Made by a program: the position numbers and the translations under genes. DNA of 63,917 nucleotides, filler included, from Perkinsus chesapeaki ATCC PRA-425 (lineage: Eukaryota; Protista; Perkinsozoa): assembly GCA_013115145.1 (NCBI GenBank). It is 11 parts of 11 records of this genome, joined end to end, with 100 filler letters (N's around TTAATTAATTAA, not from the genome) between each part and the next. Parts side by side here need not be neighbours in the genome. Positions count along the whole stretch, not along the records: positions 18,879 to 22,241 come from JAAPAO010001422.1; positions 22,342 to 26,729 come from JAAPAO010001268.1; positions 26,830 to 43,454 come from JAAPAO010000704.1; 8 more parts are not named here. One strand, written 5' to 3'. Below are positions 20,880 to 31,800 of the stretch, one piece after another. The notes beneath the pieces were generated by a model. The model made no database searches and was not told the origin of the DNA. It saw only the letters and a list, made by a program, of their open reading frames with translations. The first letter of the stretch is position 1, and each line of letters begins with the position of its first letter.

Positions 20880-22145
20880 ACAGCAGCATGAACGTGATAC
20901 GGTGATGTATTAGATAAGAATGATGATGATGATGTTAATAAATATTATAATTACGGTGTTATCATTTATAGTTATATTAATAGATATGTTCTTATAATGA
21001 TAAGTTATATAAACAAGAATTATATAGATTAATATAATGGGAGTATCTGAGTCACCGTTTATTTCTGTACGATTGCAACAACAAGAATTATAAATTTACT
21101 ATTTGAAATTAAGTATAGATATTTAATATAAGTTAGACCTAAATAATACCATTCACTCTAGTAGATTCCAGTAAGGTTCGAAGTAGGATTATGAGGAGGA
21201 GGTAGCACTAGCAGCAGCAGTAGTAGAATAACACCACTTTAAGCTCTTTCTGAAATTACGTCTGTATCCGAGGGAGCATTGAACCTCAATTGGCAAAGGA
21301 AACTAACTTCACCAAACATGTTTGTTGTGTGCGGTGATGAACATCAGTGTGGTGATGCGGCGGCGGCGGCGCTGCCATGAAGCTCGGTTGGGGTTGGTCT
21401 ATCTCATCATTCGGTGTAACTGGGAATAACATTAGGAAATTCACATGAGCGTTTGTGTGGTTTGATATTACTAATCTGTCTTAAATATCCATGCTGGTGG
21501 AATGATATATAAGTCCTTTCTATTTAGATACTTCGCCGCTTCTCCTCCTCCTCCTCCGTTTCAATCAGGAGGCTTACAAGATCCCGCTGCTCATGATGCA
21601 TCATCATCATTAAGGTAAGATAGTTAAATGGGCCGATGGGTAGTGATATTATAACTTGTATAATATGTAGCTAATATTTAACACACGCTGGGGTGGGCGG
21701 GGGAGCTCAGAATGGCGCTCCTAGAAGTAGTTCTCACCATCATCATTGGTTATCATATCATCAGGTGAATTCTCCTCACAATACTGTTTTTCCACGACAT
21801 CGACTAGCATCATCAAGAATAACAACAACAACAACGTGATTTAGCATTGTCATCATCATCAACTGCCGCCGCCGTGTTGTTGTTGTCATCATAGCAGCCT
21901 ACTGTTTCCTCTCTTATGATGATTATTATTATTAGGGTTATTAAACATCACGCACGGTTGTTGTCGTTGGTGTTGTTGTTGCTTATATAATATTGTATAA
22001 CCACCACCCTCTGGGGTGGTTGACTAAAAATTGCTCTACTACTTCTACAATAATAATAACCTTGTTATCTTAATATGTCTTGTGTTTAACATTTATATAT
22101 CAATAGCATCATCAAACGGCGGTGGTTAATCGATTTAACAGATAT

Positions 22146-22241
22146 AAAATATGTTACTAGTGCGGAGTAGTAGGAGGAGATATAATATAAAATATGTTAC
22201 TAGTGCGGAGTAGGAGTAGGAGATATAATATAAAATATGTT
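22146..22241 (-). repeat. Same 43-bp satellite in inverted orientation, about 2.3 copies
   Basis: TAGTGCGGAGTAGGAGTAGGAGATATAATATAAAATATGTTAC is the reverse complement of the 18879 unit. Confidence 0.95.
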
Positions 22242-22509
22242 NNNNNNNNNNNNNNNNNNNNNNNNNNNNNNNNNNNNNNNNNNNNTTAATTAATTAANNN
22301 NNNNNNNNNNNNNNNNNNNNNNNNNNNNNNNNNNNNNNNNNGTCTCTCACTTGTGTTTGAGAAGCGACTCTTATCATCCCCCTACTAAGAGTCCATCTTC
22401 TTTAACCAAGTCTGGCATTGAGTTCTCGGTGGCTACAACAGTACTAGATGAAATGGACGCTAGATTTGACAAGTGTATGCCTCTCAGCTTTCCCAGGTTT
22501 CGTTGCCGC

Positions 22510-23778
22510 ATGTTTCTCCGGAAAGCCATCCTTCAAGTCGCTCTCGTCCTCGCAGCCTATGCTCAAAGCTTCACAGCTCCTCGTGGTTTGTACACTCCAA
22601 GGAATTGGACTACTTCTACGGTTAATCTCAAGCTTAACTTTCTAGATGACGGTACAGTAAAGTACAATATACTTTTCCCTCAAGTTGCGGTTGATACCCT
22701 CGACTCTTTCCCTGTCTCGATGCTCGGTTCTAACATCATCGCCTCGAGAGTTCCCCAATTCCGGATCGACGAATGGTTAGACTTATTTCCGGGTGCCTTC
22801 GAGGAGTTGGGCTTGCGCATTTTCTTCTACGACCCCATCCGTAACAGGATCACCGTCAATGCGCAGGGACGTACATTCGACATCGCCCACACATCTGACC
22901 CTAGCACTGACTTGACTATCCGAGAGCCTATCAAGAGACCGAACGGTATCTACAAGAGTATTGAACAGGGTCTTGATGTGATGATGAATTTTGATGGAGA
23001 TCAGAGCCGTGTTATGTACCACATCAAACTGGAAGATAGGGAGTATCAGTTCCCATTCGGCGTGGACTTTACCATGAGAAGCTATTCTTTGATCGCCACT
23101 TTCATACCACAGAATCAACTCTACGGCCTTCATGGGAGATTCCCTGGTCTTTCAACGGATTACTTCTATACTAACTTGGGCTATGATGCGGAGAACGATC
23201 ACATAACGTTCCTCCTCGACGGCTATCGCATAGTCAACCTAACTAGGGTCCCAGACACAAGGAGTTTGGTGGAAGAGCAGAGACCTGAGTCTCCCGTTGA
23301 TGAACCTTGTGGTCACGGCTGCAGACCCTTTGGTGATTTTTGTATTGATTACAATGACGTCAAAGTTTCGATGAGCTTTAAAGATCAGATCACCACGACT
23401 TTTGCTGCACATTATAAGGGTAAACATCTTCTTGCTAAAGGAGCAAGATATGATGTCTATGAAAAAGCTGATACGGTTATCGTGTCTGTGGATGTTGTAA
23501 ACTCCGAGCTGAATGCCGAGCTGCGCAAGATCAACTGGCGTGGCTTCACTCATCTCAACTTCACGTTCAATCCAGAGGACGATGTTCTTGTGCTGGAGGA
23601 GCGTGGTCTTGTCGCTAACATGCACCTGACATTGGGGTGTGCAGCTGCAGTTGAGACCCCCCCGGAGGAGCCTGAACCAAATCGCAATAAACCGCCGAGC
23701 CCTTGGGATGAAGATGATGAGGAAGATGACGAGTTCACCCAGATTCTTCTCAACATTCTGAGGAAACTCCTTCGCTGA
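22510..23778 (+). CDS. Secreted protein with three ~100-120-aa P-x-G-x-Y repeats and an acidic C-terminal tail (Perkinsus-type orphan family)
   Basis: Signal peptide MFLRKAILQVALVLAAYAQS. Repeats begin PRGLY, PNGIY, PFGDF; the first two end YD...N/D.IT. Intronless, 422 aa. Confidence 0.85.
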   Translation: MFLRKAILQVALVLAAYAQSFTAPRGLYTPRNWTTSTVNLKLNFLDDGTVKYNILFPQVAVDTLDSFPVSMLGSNIIASRVPQFRIDEWLDLFPGAFEELGLRIFFYDPIRNRITVNAQGRTFDIAHTSDPSTDLTIREPIKRPNGIYKSIEQGLDVMMNFDGDQSRVMYHIKLEDREYQFPFGVDFTMRSYSLIATFIPQNQLYGLHGRFPGLSTDYFYTNLGYDAENDHITFLLDGYRIVNLTRVPDTRSLVEEQRPESPVDEPCGHGCRPFGDFCIDYNDVKVSMSFKDQITTTFAAHYKGKHLLAKGARYDVYEKADTVIVSVDVVNSELNAELRKINWRGFTHLNFTFNPEDDVLVLEERGLVANMHLTLGCAAAVETPPEEPEPNRNKPPSPWDEDDEEDDEFTQILLNILRKLLR

Positions 23779-25661
23779 TTTGGACCCCCATACATTGAAA
23801 TGAGAGCTCCCTTAACGCTGCTCTTATAAGTCATTCTTGAACAACTAACAATTCCATATTGTATTCAACTAGAAAGCCCTCAGGCCTGAGGGTCACTGGA
23901 TAGGATTCCTTCAGGCCTCCTTACAGTATTATTGTTGCTATGTCCATCTTGTTCGCTTCTGTCAGCGTAAGCGTGTCATATACGGTCTTATTATTATTCA
24001 TAATTGCCATGCAGATATTTCTAGTTCATCATTATCTGTATGGGAACAACTACACGTCCAACGAAGAAGATTACATAACTTATACGACCTTGGAAGCTTT
24101 GTCACTTCCTTAAGGTTTCTAACTTAACTTTTATTCTGTTTGGTTGTTGAGCGTCAATATGTGTCGGCAGAACTCATATGACTCCCCGTCCCGTAGTGGA
24201 AGAGTTCCGGTGGGTAGGGAGCCTAAAACTACTCCATGTTGTGCAATGGTATGGTAGCAATGCACAATACTACCTTTGTATTTGAAAGCCGTCTTTATAA
24301 ACAACGCACTCCGTGATGGTCTATAATAGAATCTCAAAATGCTTGTTAACCATACTCGACAGGCAAAGTATATGCCAAGTGTCCGCAGCTATACGATACA
24401 GGGACCTTATATTTTGTAAATCAATTAAGGCAGAGTCCTCACTCACTTACGAGGGCTATGGTCAACTGGCAGTCAATAAAACTACACGAGAGTCGCAAAT
24501 CCCTTTTCATGGGCTTCATCGACATACTCAGACCAGCCAGTGTCTGAGATGAAGAGGCACTTTAAAAGTGCTACTTTTAACTATGGAGCACTTATTATGA
24601 GTGCTGACTGTCTATTCCATTGGTGATAAGGGAGCTTAATATTCACCCACTTCACGATGAGCTGCCACAAACCCACTGCAGGTCGGCACCCTATGCTTTC
24701 TTAGTGTACGGGAAGAATAACTTTGAAATAACATCACTATTCTTCGATAACTACTACAACCTAGTGAGAAAGCCCACGCGCCAACTGAGCTCGGGTCACA
24801 GCTTGGCAAGACGGAGCTAGGCCAGACTTTATGAATGAATATCTAACAAGGAGAGTTATCTATGGCCCAATACATAGCCAACGTCTGTGACGCATTGGTC
24901 GAGTGGGTTACCCCACGCGACAAAGTAATTTATCATATGCTCTACCTGGGAACGTGCACCATTACTCATGCTCCAACTTAAACTCCAACCTCGAAGTTCA
25001 CCCAGTAAGTTTATCCGAAACAAGGCAGTGAGCTGCCTCCACACCCTTTAATCAAGGGCCTTCATCCGCGGTGGGTCGCCATGAAGACCCAGTAGCATGA
25101 TTATCAATAACAATCACTTTAGTGGCAATTTCTCACTGAAGTATTGTTGGGTTAGGAGACTCTACCGACCCCGTGGCCCTCTACCGATACGGAACATTGT
25201 GACCTCCATTTGAGTGTAGCTTACAATAGCGACAGCAACCCCAGTGGGTTGGTAGTACTAAACTTATTCTGCGCTCGGGCGAACTCACTGTCAACTTTGC
25301 TGAAGCTTGCTCGACAGCTTGAGCGATATATTGGGGTTTCACAAACTAAGTGATCCATTGAGAGTAACGAAACCGTTTTATAGTGTAGCAGAGGCGGTCT
25401 GTATCCGTATTGGTCTATTAGCATTGATGATTCCTGCTTGTATCTCACTAGTGAGGATTGCGAGCATTAACCGTTGCTGGATTATCTTCATGTTGAGTTT
25501 TATAGTGGTAGAGTGTACACAACATGGACAGCATTTCTACACGGTTTGGGACGTGACTGTGTTGACTTGTTACACACGTTTGACGAATGACATTTTCCAT
25601 GCTTTTGCCTCACTGGAACTCAAAATTATTTCACTCTGCTTTACACACATGAGGACGAGCC

Positions 25662-26660
25662 TTACGTAAAGGACTCGTAGAGGTTTCGGGCTTTGGCATC
25701 TTCGACATGGATTGTCCAGTTCGTACCTACTTAGAAAGCCTAATGTTCGAACATATCACACAATGCGATTTACGTGTCAGAATAATGAAATACGAAACGG
25801 CAATGGTACCGGCACCGGCAACAAATCCCATCCACATCCCGTATACGCCAAAATCATAATAGATCTGCGGAGGAGATAGTATTCGATTGAAGCACCGTGC
25901 ATGGTGGGAACTTACTGTTAGTACATAACCAAGAGGGATCATAACAATATAATAAGCAAATATATTAACGGGGACAGCATAACGTTGGATACCTGAATTA
26001 AGAATATCTATCCCACACCGAGCAGCATGTAGATCACCGAGGCCTTTGAACACTCCTTGCATGCACCCCTGGGAAATATCAAAAGGCAAAAGTGAGATGA
26101 GTAAAGGGCATATCAAGAACGAGGCATACACCGCAACCTGAATAAAGCGTGACTTATGAGTTCAGTGATGCGATATCGACGTGGTCATACTTCTGGTTCT
26201 TTTTTGGTGTAAAAGTTTACGATAGATTGCTGCCATAACAATAAGATGAGCTCAGCTATTAGTATGATAGATCCTCCTAAAACAACGGCTGCTTTGCAGT
26301 ACCTGAATATCGGCAAAGAGAAGATGTGATAATCCAGCATGAAATATTAATCGTATCATACGTGAGGAAAGTCTACTGTACTGATATTCAGTATACCACA
26401 GGGTAAGAAACCTCATCCTTACATCTTTCCGAGGCGTATCTGACTAGCCCCAACAGCACGCCCAACTTTGGCACTAAGTCCAGTCTGAAGTCCGTAGCTC
26501 AGCATGAACATCTAATAGACAGGTAAGGATTCGGCCAACTCATGAAGCATCACTCTGCAGATAGAGTGGTGCACTAATGGTTCTCTTACAATAACGAAGA
26601 TGTTGCACATCGACACGTGAGCGGCTAGTTGATTCGAGTCATGTAATAGGCCTATAACCT
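25662..26660 (-). CDS. MATE-family efflux transporter, 3' half; 5' part lost at the gap
   Basis: Exons read AAHVSMCNIF, FMLSYGLQTGLSAKVG, DISQGCMQGVFKGLG, VNIFAYYIVMIPLGYVL, GVYGMWMG and DWTIHVEDAKARN. TAA at 25662-25664. Confidence 0.85.
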
Positions 26661-27489
26661 GACACAATGTTGAATCACCTGACGACGCTTACGGGGACGA
26701 ATCGTACAAGAGTCGCTATTTCATAAGCCNNNNNNNNNNNNNNNNNNNNNNNNNNNNNNNNNNNNNNNNNNNNTTAATTAATTAANNNNNNNNNNNNNNN
26801 NNNNNNNNNNNNNNNNNNNNNNNNNNNNNATCTACATGAACACTATTCTACTACATCAAATGGGAATATAACACTGGAGCGGAGCGACGGGTTCCACTAG
26901 TTATAACCAAATAAGAGACGTTGATTACATGTATTATCGAGACGGCAATTGACTGGAAATATCGCTCGCCTCTTTAGGGCGGAATACTTGCGAGTACTTT
27001 TGAGCGCATGCTACGGAGAATTCCCGGGTCTCGGGTCAATGCAAATGGTACGCTCCCCATGAATAGCGGGATGTTAACGATTGGTACACATAAAACACGT
27101 ACACTTGCTGTTCAATCTCCATAAATTACGTTCATACTCAACTCGATTGCTTGAAACACGTACACAGTCAGCTCGTTCGCTTCTATTCAGATCATCGGCA
27201 GTTCGACCACCAAAAGTATGTTCACTATTTTCTCGTATCCATGAACTCGGTACACTTGCATTCAGTACACTAAAAGCTCGTACATTTTCGTTCCGTTCAC
27301 CCCCATTCCATACACCAAAATCTCAATCCACACTTTTTTCATACACGCATATCTCGTACACTTTCATTTCGTACACTCAACTGCGGCCGCAGTTGATGCG
27401 GCCGCATCAACTGCCTTTATTTTTCGGCGCTTCAATTCCCAGCTTACTCACCCCAGGCTTTCAGATCTCACACTCCCATGAACTGAAAA

Positions 27490-27580
27490 TACCCCGGGTT
27501 AGATTCGAACCTAGAACCTTGCCCATGTCAGATAGGCTATCTGAGATAGCCCTTATACCACTAGAGCAATCTGACTACAC
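27490..27580 (-). pseudogene. tRNA-derived relic with A-box/B-box-like motifs inside the MITE
   Basis: Minus strand reads TTGCTCTAGTGGTA...GGTTCGAATC. No intact cloverleaf. Confidence 0.45.
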
Positions 27581-27659
27581 AATTTAATGTCGCATTGACT
27601 CAATATTGATCTCCCCAGAAGTGCTAATTGCTCCGCCGTACAGACAAAGTTTGCCGGTT

Positions 27660-27730
27660 ATGTCGCCTCTGGGCATTGAACGCTCAACCTTTGGATTAAC
27701 AAATTAGTGACCTCCCTACTGAACTGAAAA
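27660..27730 (-). pseudogene. Degenerate tRNA-Asn(GTT)-like relic inside the MITE
   Basis: Minus strand reads TCAGTTCAGTAGGGAG...TTGTTAATCCAAAGGTTG..CGTTCAATGCCC, resembling tRNA-Asn; stems are broken. Confidence 0.4.
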
Positions 27731-28846
27731 AAATTCGCATAAGTGTACGAGTCCGAGGAGTACGAAATCAAACTGAACCAAATCTTAGTGTACGACACTT
27801 AGATATGAACAGAATTTTTGTGTACTACTTGGCCCTGAACCTATTTTTGGTGTTATCACATTTTGTCGACAGAGATTTGAGTGTACGGGAATTTGGTGTA
27901 CCAGTCAAAAGTCAAAAATTCCGTGTACGAGCTTCATGTGTACGTAATTTATGTGTACCAATCGTTATACACCCTGAATAGCTGACAATGCGCAGAGGGC
28001 TTGCTTGAAGACTTCAAGTTGAAATTACGATCTCGTAAATACAGAGTAATGTCAGCCATTGTCGATTTCACTTCGACTCAAATCGATACACTGCGCAAGA
28101 TATCCTCAGCAACTCGTTGTTTCTTATGGAACCTCTGTCTTCGGGGATTGAAGAGATGAGACGTGACTGAACCCGTAAGGTTCGACCCGAAGGAACAGCT
28201 GATGCACCGCCAACTTGGCGGCGCCAAGACTAGTTGCGCCAAAACGTCCCGCACGCATTCGTATGCCACCAAGTGTCGCACTGAATTTCGCTAACTTGAA
28301 GAAGTCAATGCTCCTTAGAGCTTGAAGAAACAGAAAACGTGCGACATTTACGCAACTTTCCCCTACCTCACACAGCTTAAAAATCCACGCAAAGGAAATG
28401 ACGCTTTTGTGACAGGAAGTATAGTAACACTGATCACTCGGGCTCAACCAGATACAACATCCAAAAGCTCGTCCTTTTCTCACTAAGCTGATTCAAGGGA
28501 ACCATTGATAGAGCGTTTTTGCATAATTAGCGCCAGAAGCAACTCTATATGAATTGACAGCATAGATTTTCTGATCACTGATTTGACTCTGGTCCGCATT
28601 TCGGAACCCGAAACAACCACGAGCTGATTAGGCGGGGTCAGTCTCAAAACATTCGCGCCCGGGAAGCCCTCTTCAGATCCCGATCTTCCCTGTTTGTTGC
28701 TCGACAGTGCTATCATTCAACGTTACTCGCCACTTGCCGCGCCTTCCCTTTCGATGGTTCATGAATTCATCCGCTTTGGTATTTCGGTTACAAACTCCGT
28801 GGCTTAACGCAAGTTAAAGATATAAATGAAATGGGCATGGATGCAT

Positions 28847-31800
28847 TCAATAGTAGAAACAATTGAAATCTATGCGATTCACCAAATGCTTTAATTCGGC
28901 TCTCATGGCCATGGCGCCAGCGCAGAATCTCTGGAGGTTGCCGAGGAACTCTTCCCGTCTCTCTTGCACTGCCTTTTGGAGTTCAGCAGCTGTTGCATCG
29001 TCGATCAGTGGTACCCTACAAACAAGCAGGCATTCTATAAAGCTTGTAACACAAATACGCGCCAAACCTTACTCATCTTTTTCATCGTCCTCTCGACCAA
29101 CCACTGCGCCGCCAGAAAGGTCACCATAAATCCTCTCCTGCAACGTTGTGAACCTGATAGTGAAGAGGATTTACACCAAACTCTGCCGAGAGGATACCGG
29201 TATATGCCACTGAGGAGCTCATTCAACACGTCGAACACTCTCATCTGTTTCTTCCCGGACACTGTGTCGGTGTGATCCAAGAAATGTCCGGCCATCAGCT
29301 GGGAAAGATAGTCTGAAAGAGTGCTCTGGAAGAGGCAACACTCATCCCCAAGAAGAGGAGCCGACCGGTCGCTGCAGGGGAAGGACTTCATTCACCCTAC
29401 GTGAGCTAGCTAATAGGACCTCGTAAACCAACGCCCGATTTTAGATTGAGGAGGCAGATAAATACACAACAGGATAGGAAGGAAAACCATTACCAGTCGT
29501 AGGAACTCCTAAATGTGAGGCCCATAATTCATTTTAACATGCAGAAATCCCTACTGAGTTCATACGACATAACTGTAGTGATGACGATGAGGCTATTGTA
29601 AACGGGTTAAATGACTAACAACGATGATGAACAAACATAGACCCTCCAGAATATGCACCAGAGATGTTGCAATAGCGGTTATAAAATGAGCTCCCGTTAC
29701 TAACGCGTGAGTCATGGAAAGAATATCTTCTGGTCACCTTCGTGCAGTCTGATGACTTTATCTAGGTCGGCTTCATCTTCACTCGCCAGAGATTCGAGTG
29801 AATCTCGCAGTTTCTGCCAAGCACTGCCAACCACGTTGAACCTGAGAATGATCTTCATCTGAATTATCGCAAATTTGTTGCTCACGAAAAGAATGATCGT
29901 AGCTGCTGCACAAGGTGCCACATTTCATGCCTCAACGCATTACACGTCCGCAGTAAATGAATGACAGCAGTGTTCGATGCAGACGACGGCAAACCTGATT
30001 AGGGATCAAACATTCCACAAAGAGTGCGGCGATTCGATGGAGAGTTCGGTAGGAAATATGCCATTAGTGGAAGAAGCGGGGAACATGCTAAGGCTATCAG
30101 ATTGCCCACTATGACTCGCCGAGTTCAGGGAACGTATCCTGATGAAGAGCCGCCCACCTTTTTGTCTTCGCTGCTTGTTACAGACGGAATTTAGCACCAC
30201 CCGCTGAGCGACCATCTGTTGGCTCCAGGCCACTGACAGCTGCCTCTCTGCTCTATGTAACCTGATAAAGGTTTCCTACTATAATATGATACTTCACCAA
30301 GCACACCCACGCCTCGGGGAAAATTCCTTGAGGCTAGCAAGTGTTCGAAACACAGCGTTACTGGTGCTGAGATAGAATATTGTTATTAAATTTTTATAAC
30401 TATATAACGGCATATACAAATTTGTTACACAGATGAAGAAGCGTTGACAAACATCTCCGAGAATTAATTCGGTGCCCAGAAGACTTCATAACGATAGGAA
30501 GTGAGCCAATGAGCGCGGTTGGTACGATTGCTGCGACGCTTTCTCCTACCTCCAAGATATACTGAACACTTTTCTGTACTTCTGCATTGCAGCCTCGTTC
30601 AGAATAACCGAAACTGGCTGACTTGCCACATAGTCGAGAGAAAACACTTCCCATCCTAAAAAGCAATGCTGCTGCACCGAGTCCTCTACACCATGTCGCT
30701 CACCAGTATCGCTTAGCCCCGGCTTTTCGAGGCGCGCGGTCAGCCGATTGTCGAATTCTTCTTGCTGGTCATCATTCCCGGTCGAGCTTCCCAAGCGTTG
30801 CAAGCGGAGAGCATGATCGGTTAAATCGCGGAAAGTATGAACTCTCAGTCCTGAACAAATAGGCTTGCCATTGGTGATCCCTATATTCTCTAAAGTGCGA
30901 ACTTCCAGCAAATGACAAATATCCTACTAGTGCAACGCGGGTTTCAACTAGTTGTCTATTGTGGCGAGGGCATCACGGAAATGTGTCAAAATGGACATGC
31001 AATGGAAAGTCTTGATGGAAGTTGCTGGAACAAAAATGATCATCAAACGCATTCGCTCCTGTCATTCGCTACCACTCCCTTCGACATGTATTGTGTGTGC
31101 GCTTTTCTTAAGCTTACGAGAATCGCACGCTGGGCGCGCGGTAAAATTGCCTCATGTCAAATATAACAATGAAAGGGCTAATGAAATGGTTGATCGATAT
31201 CTAATTGAGTTCGTCTAGTAAAAATACATATACCCTTCAATTTTGACATCGCAAAGCAAACTATTTCGGGAGACAACTGAGAATTGGTAATTCGCTTAAG
31301 AAAAACGCACACACAATGTCAGGATATCAAAGGCTAGTCGGAGATGGGGCACCTCATAGAGATTTTGTCGCTGATGGCGATACTCTTGTTCGGAAATTAT
31401 CAACATAACGAGCCACAAAGAGTGAAGGTGAATAATACGAGAGCCGTACGGTAACCGATACATTGTTATTAATTCTGGAGCCAGGTTGTTTCAAGCAAAA
31501 CCGCTTGGCGCCGGCGGGTTTCGGAAATTTCTCGGTGCAGTTCTGTTGAGCAAGCCTCGACACTTCGTCGCGGTTAAGGTCTACTACATACAATAAATAA
31601 ACTACACAACCTACGCAAAAATTAGCTATTAATATCTCCTCACCTTGTGCCTTCATAGAAAGATGCTCCATCAGCAAGTCCATCAAATGACCAACGAAAT
31701 CTCCTTGGGAGAGTAGTAGGTACCTGTTACCGTACATCACATCTGGGAGAGCTAAATATTGAATCCATAGAATGCTGGCTGTTAATCTGCCACTTAATCG

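Larger units (their letters stand above)
27068..27974. mobile_element. Non-autonomous TIR DNA transposon (MITE-like), 907 bp, 8-bp TSD
   Basis: TSD TGAATAGC at 27060-27067 and 27975-27982. 37-bp imperfect TIRs (31/37 ungapped) starting GGG. About 7 GTACAC on the left and about 8 GTGTAC on the right as subterminal motifs. Confidence 0.85.

Noticed and set aside
27081-27587. 168-aa ORF inside the MITE as a transposase
   Set aside because: TTG start, built from subterminal repeats, no DDE motif.
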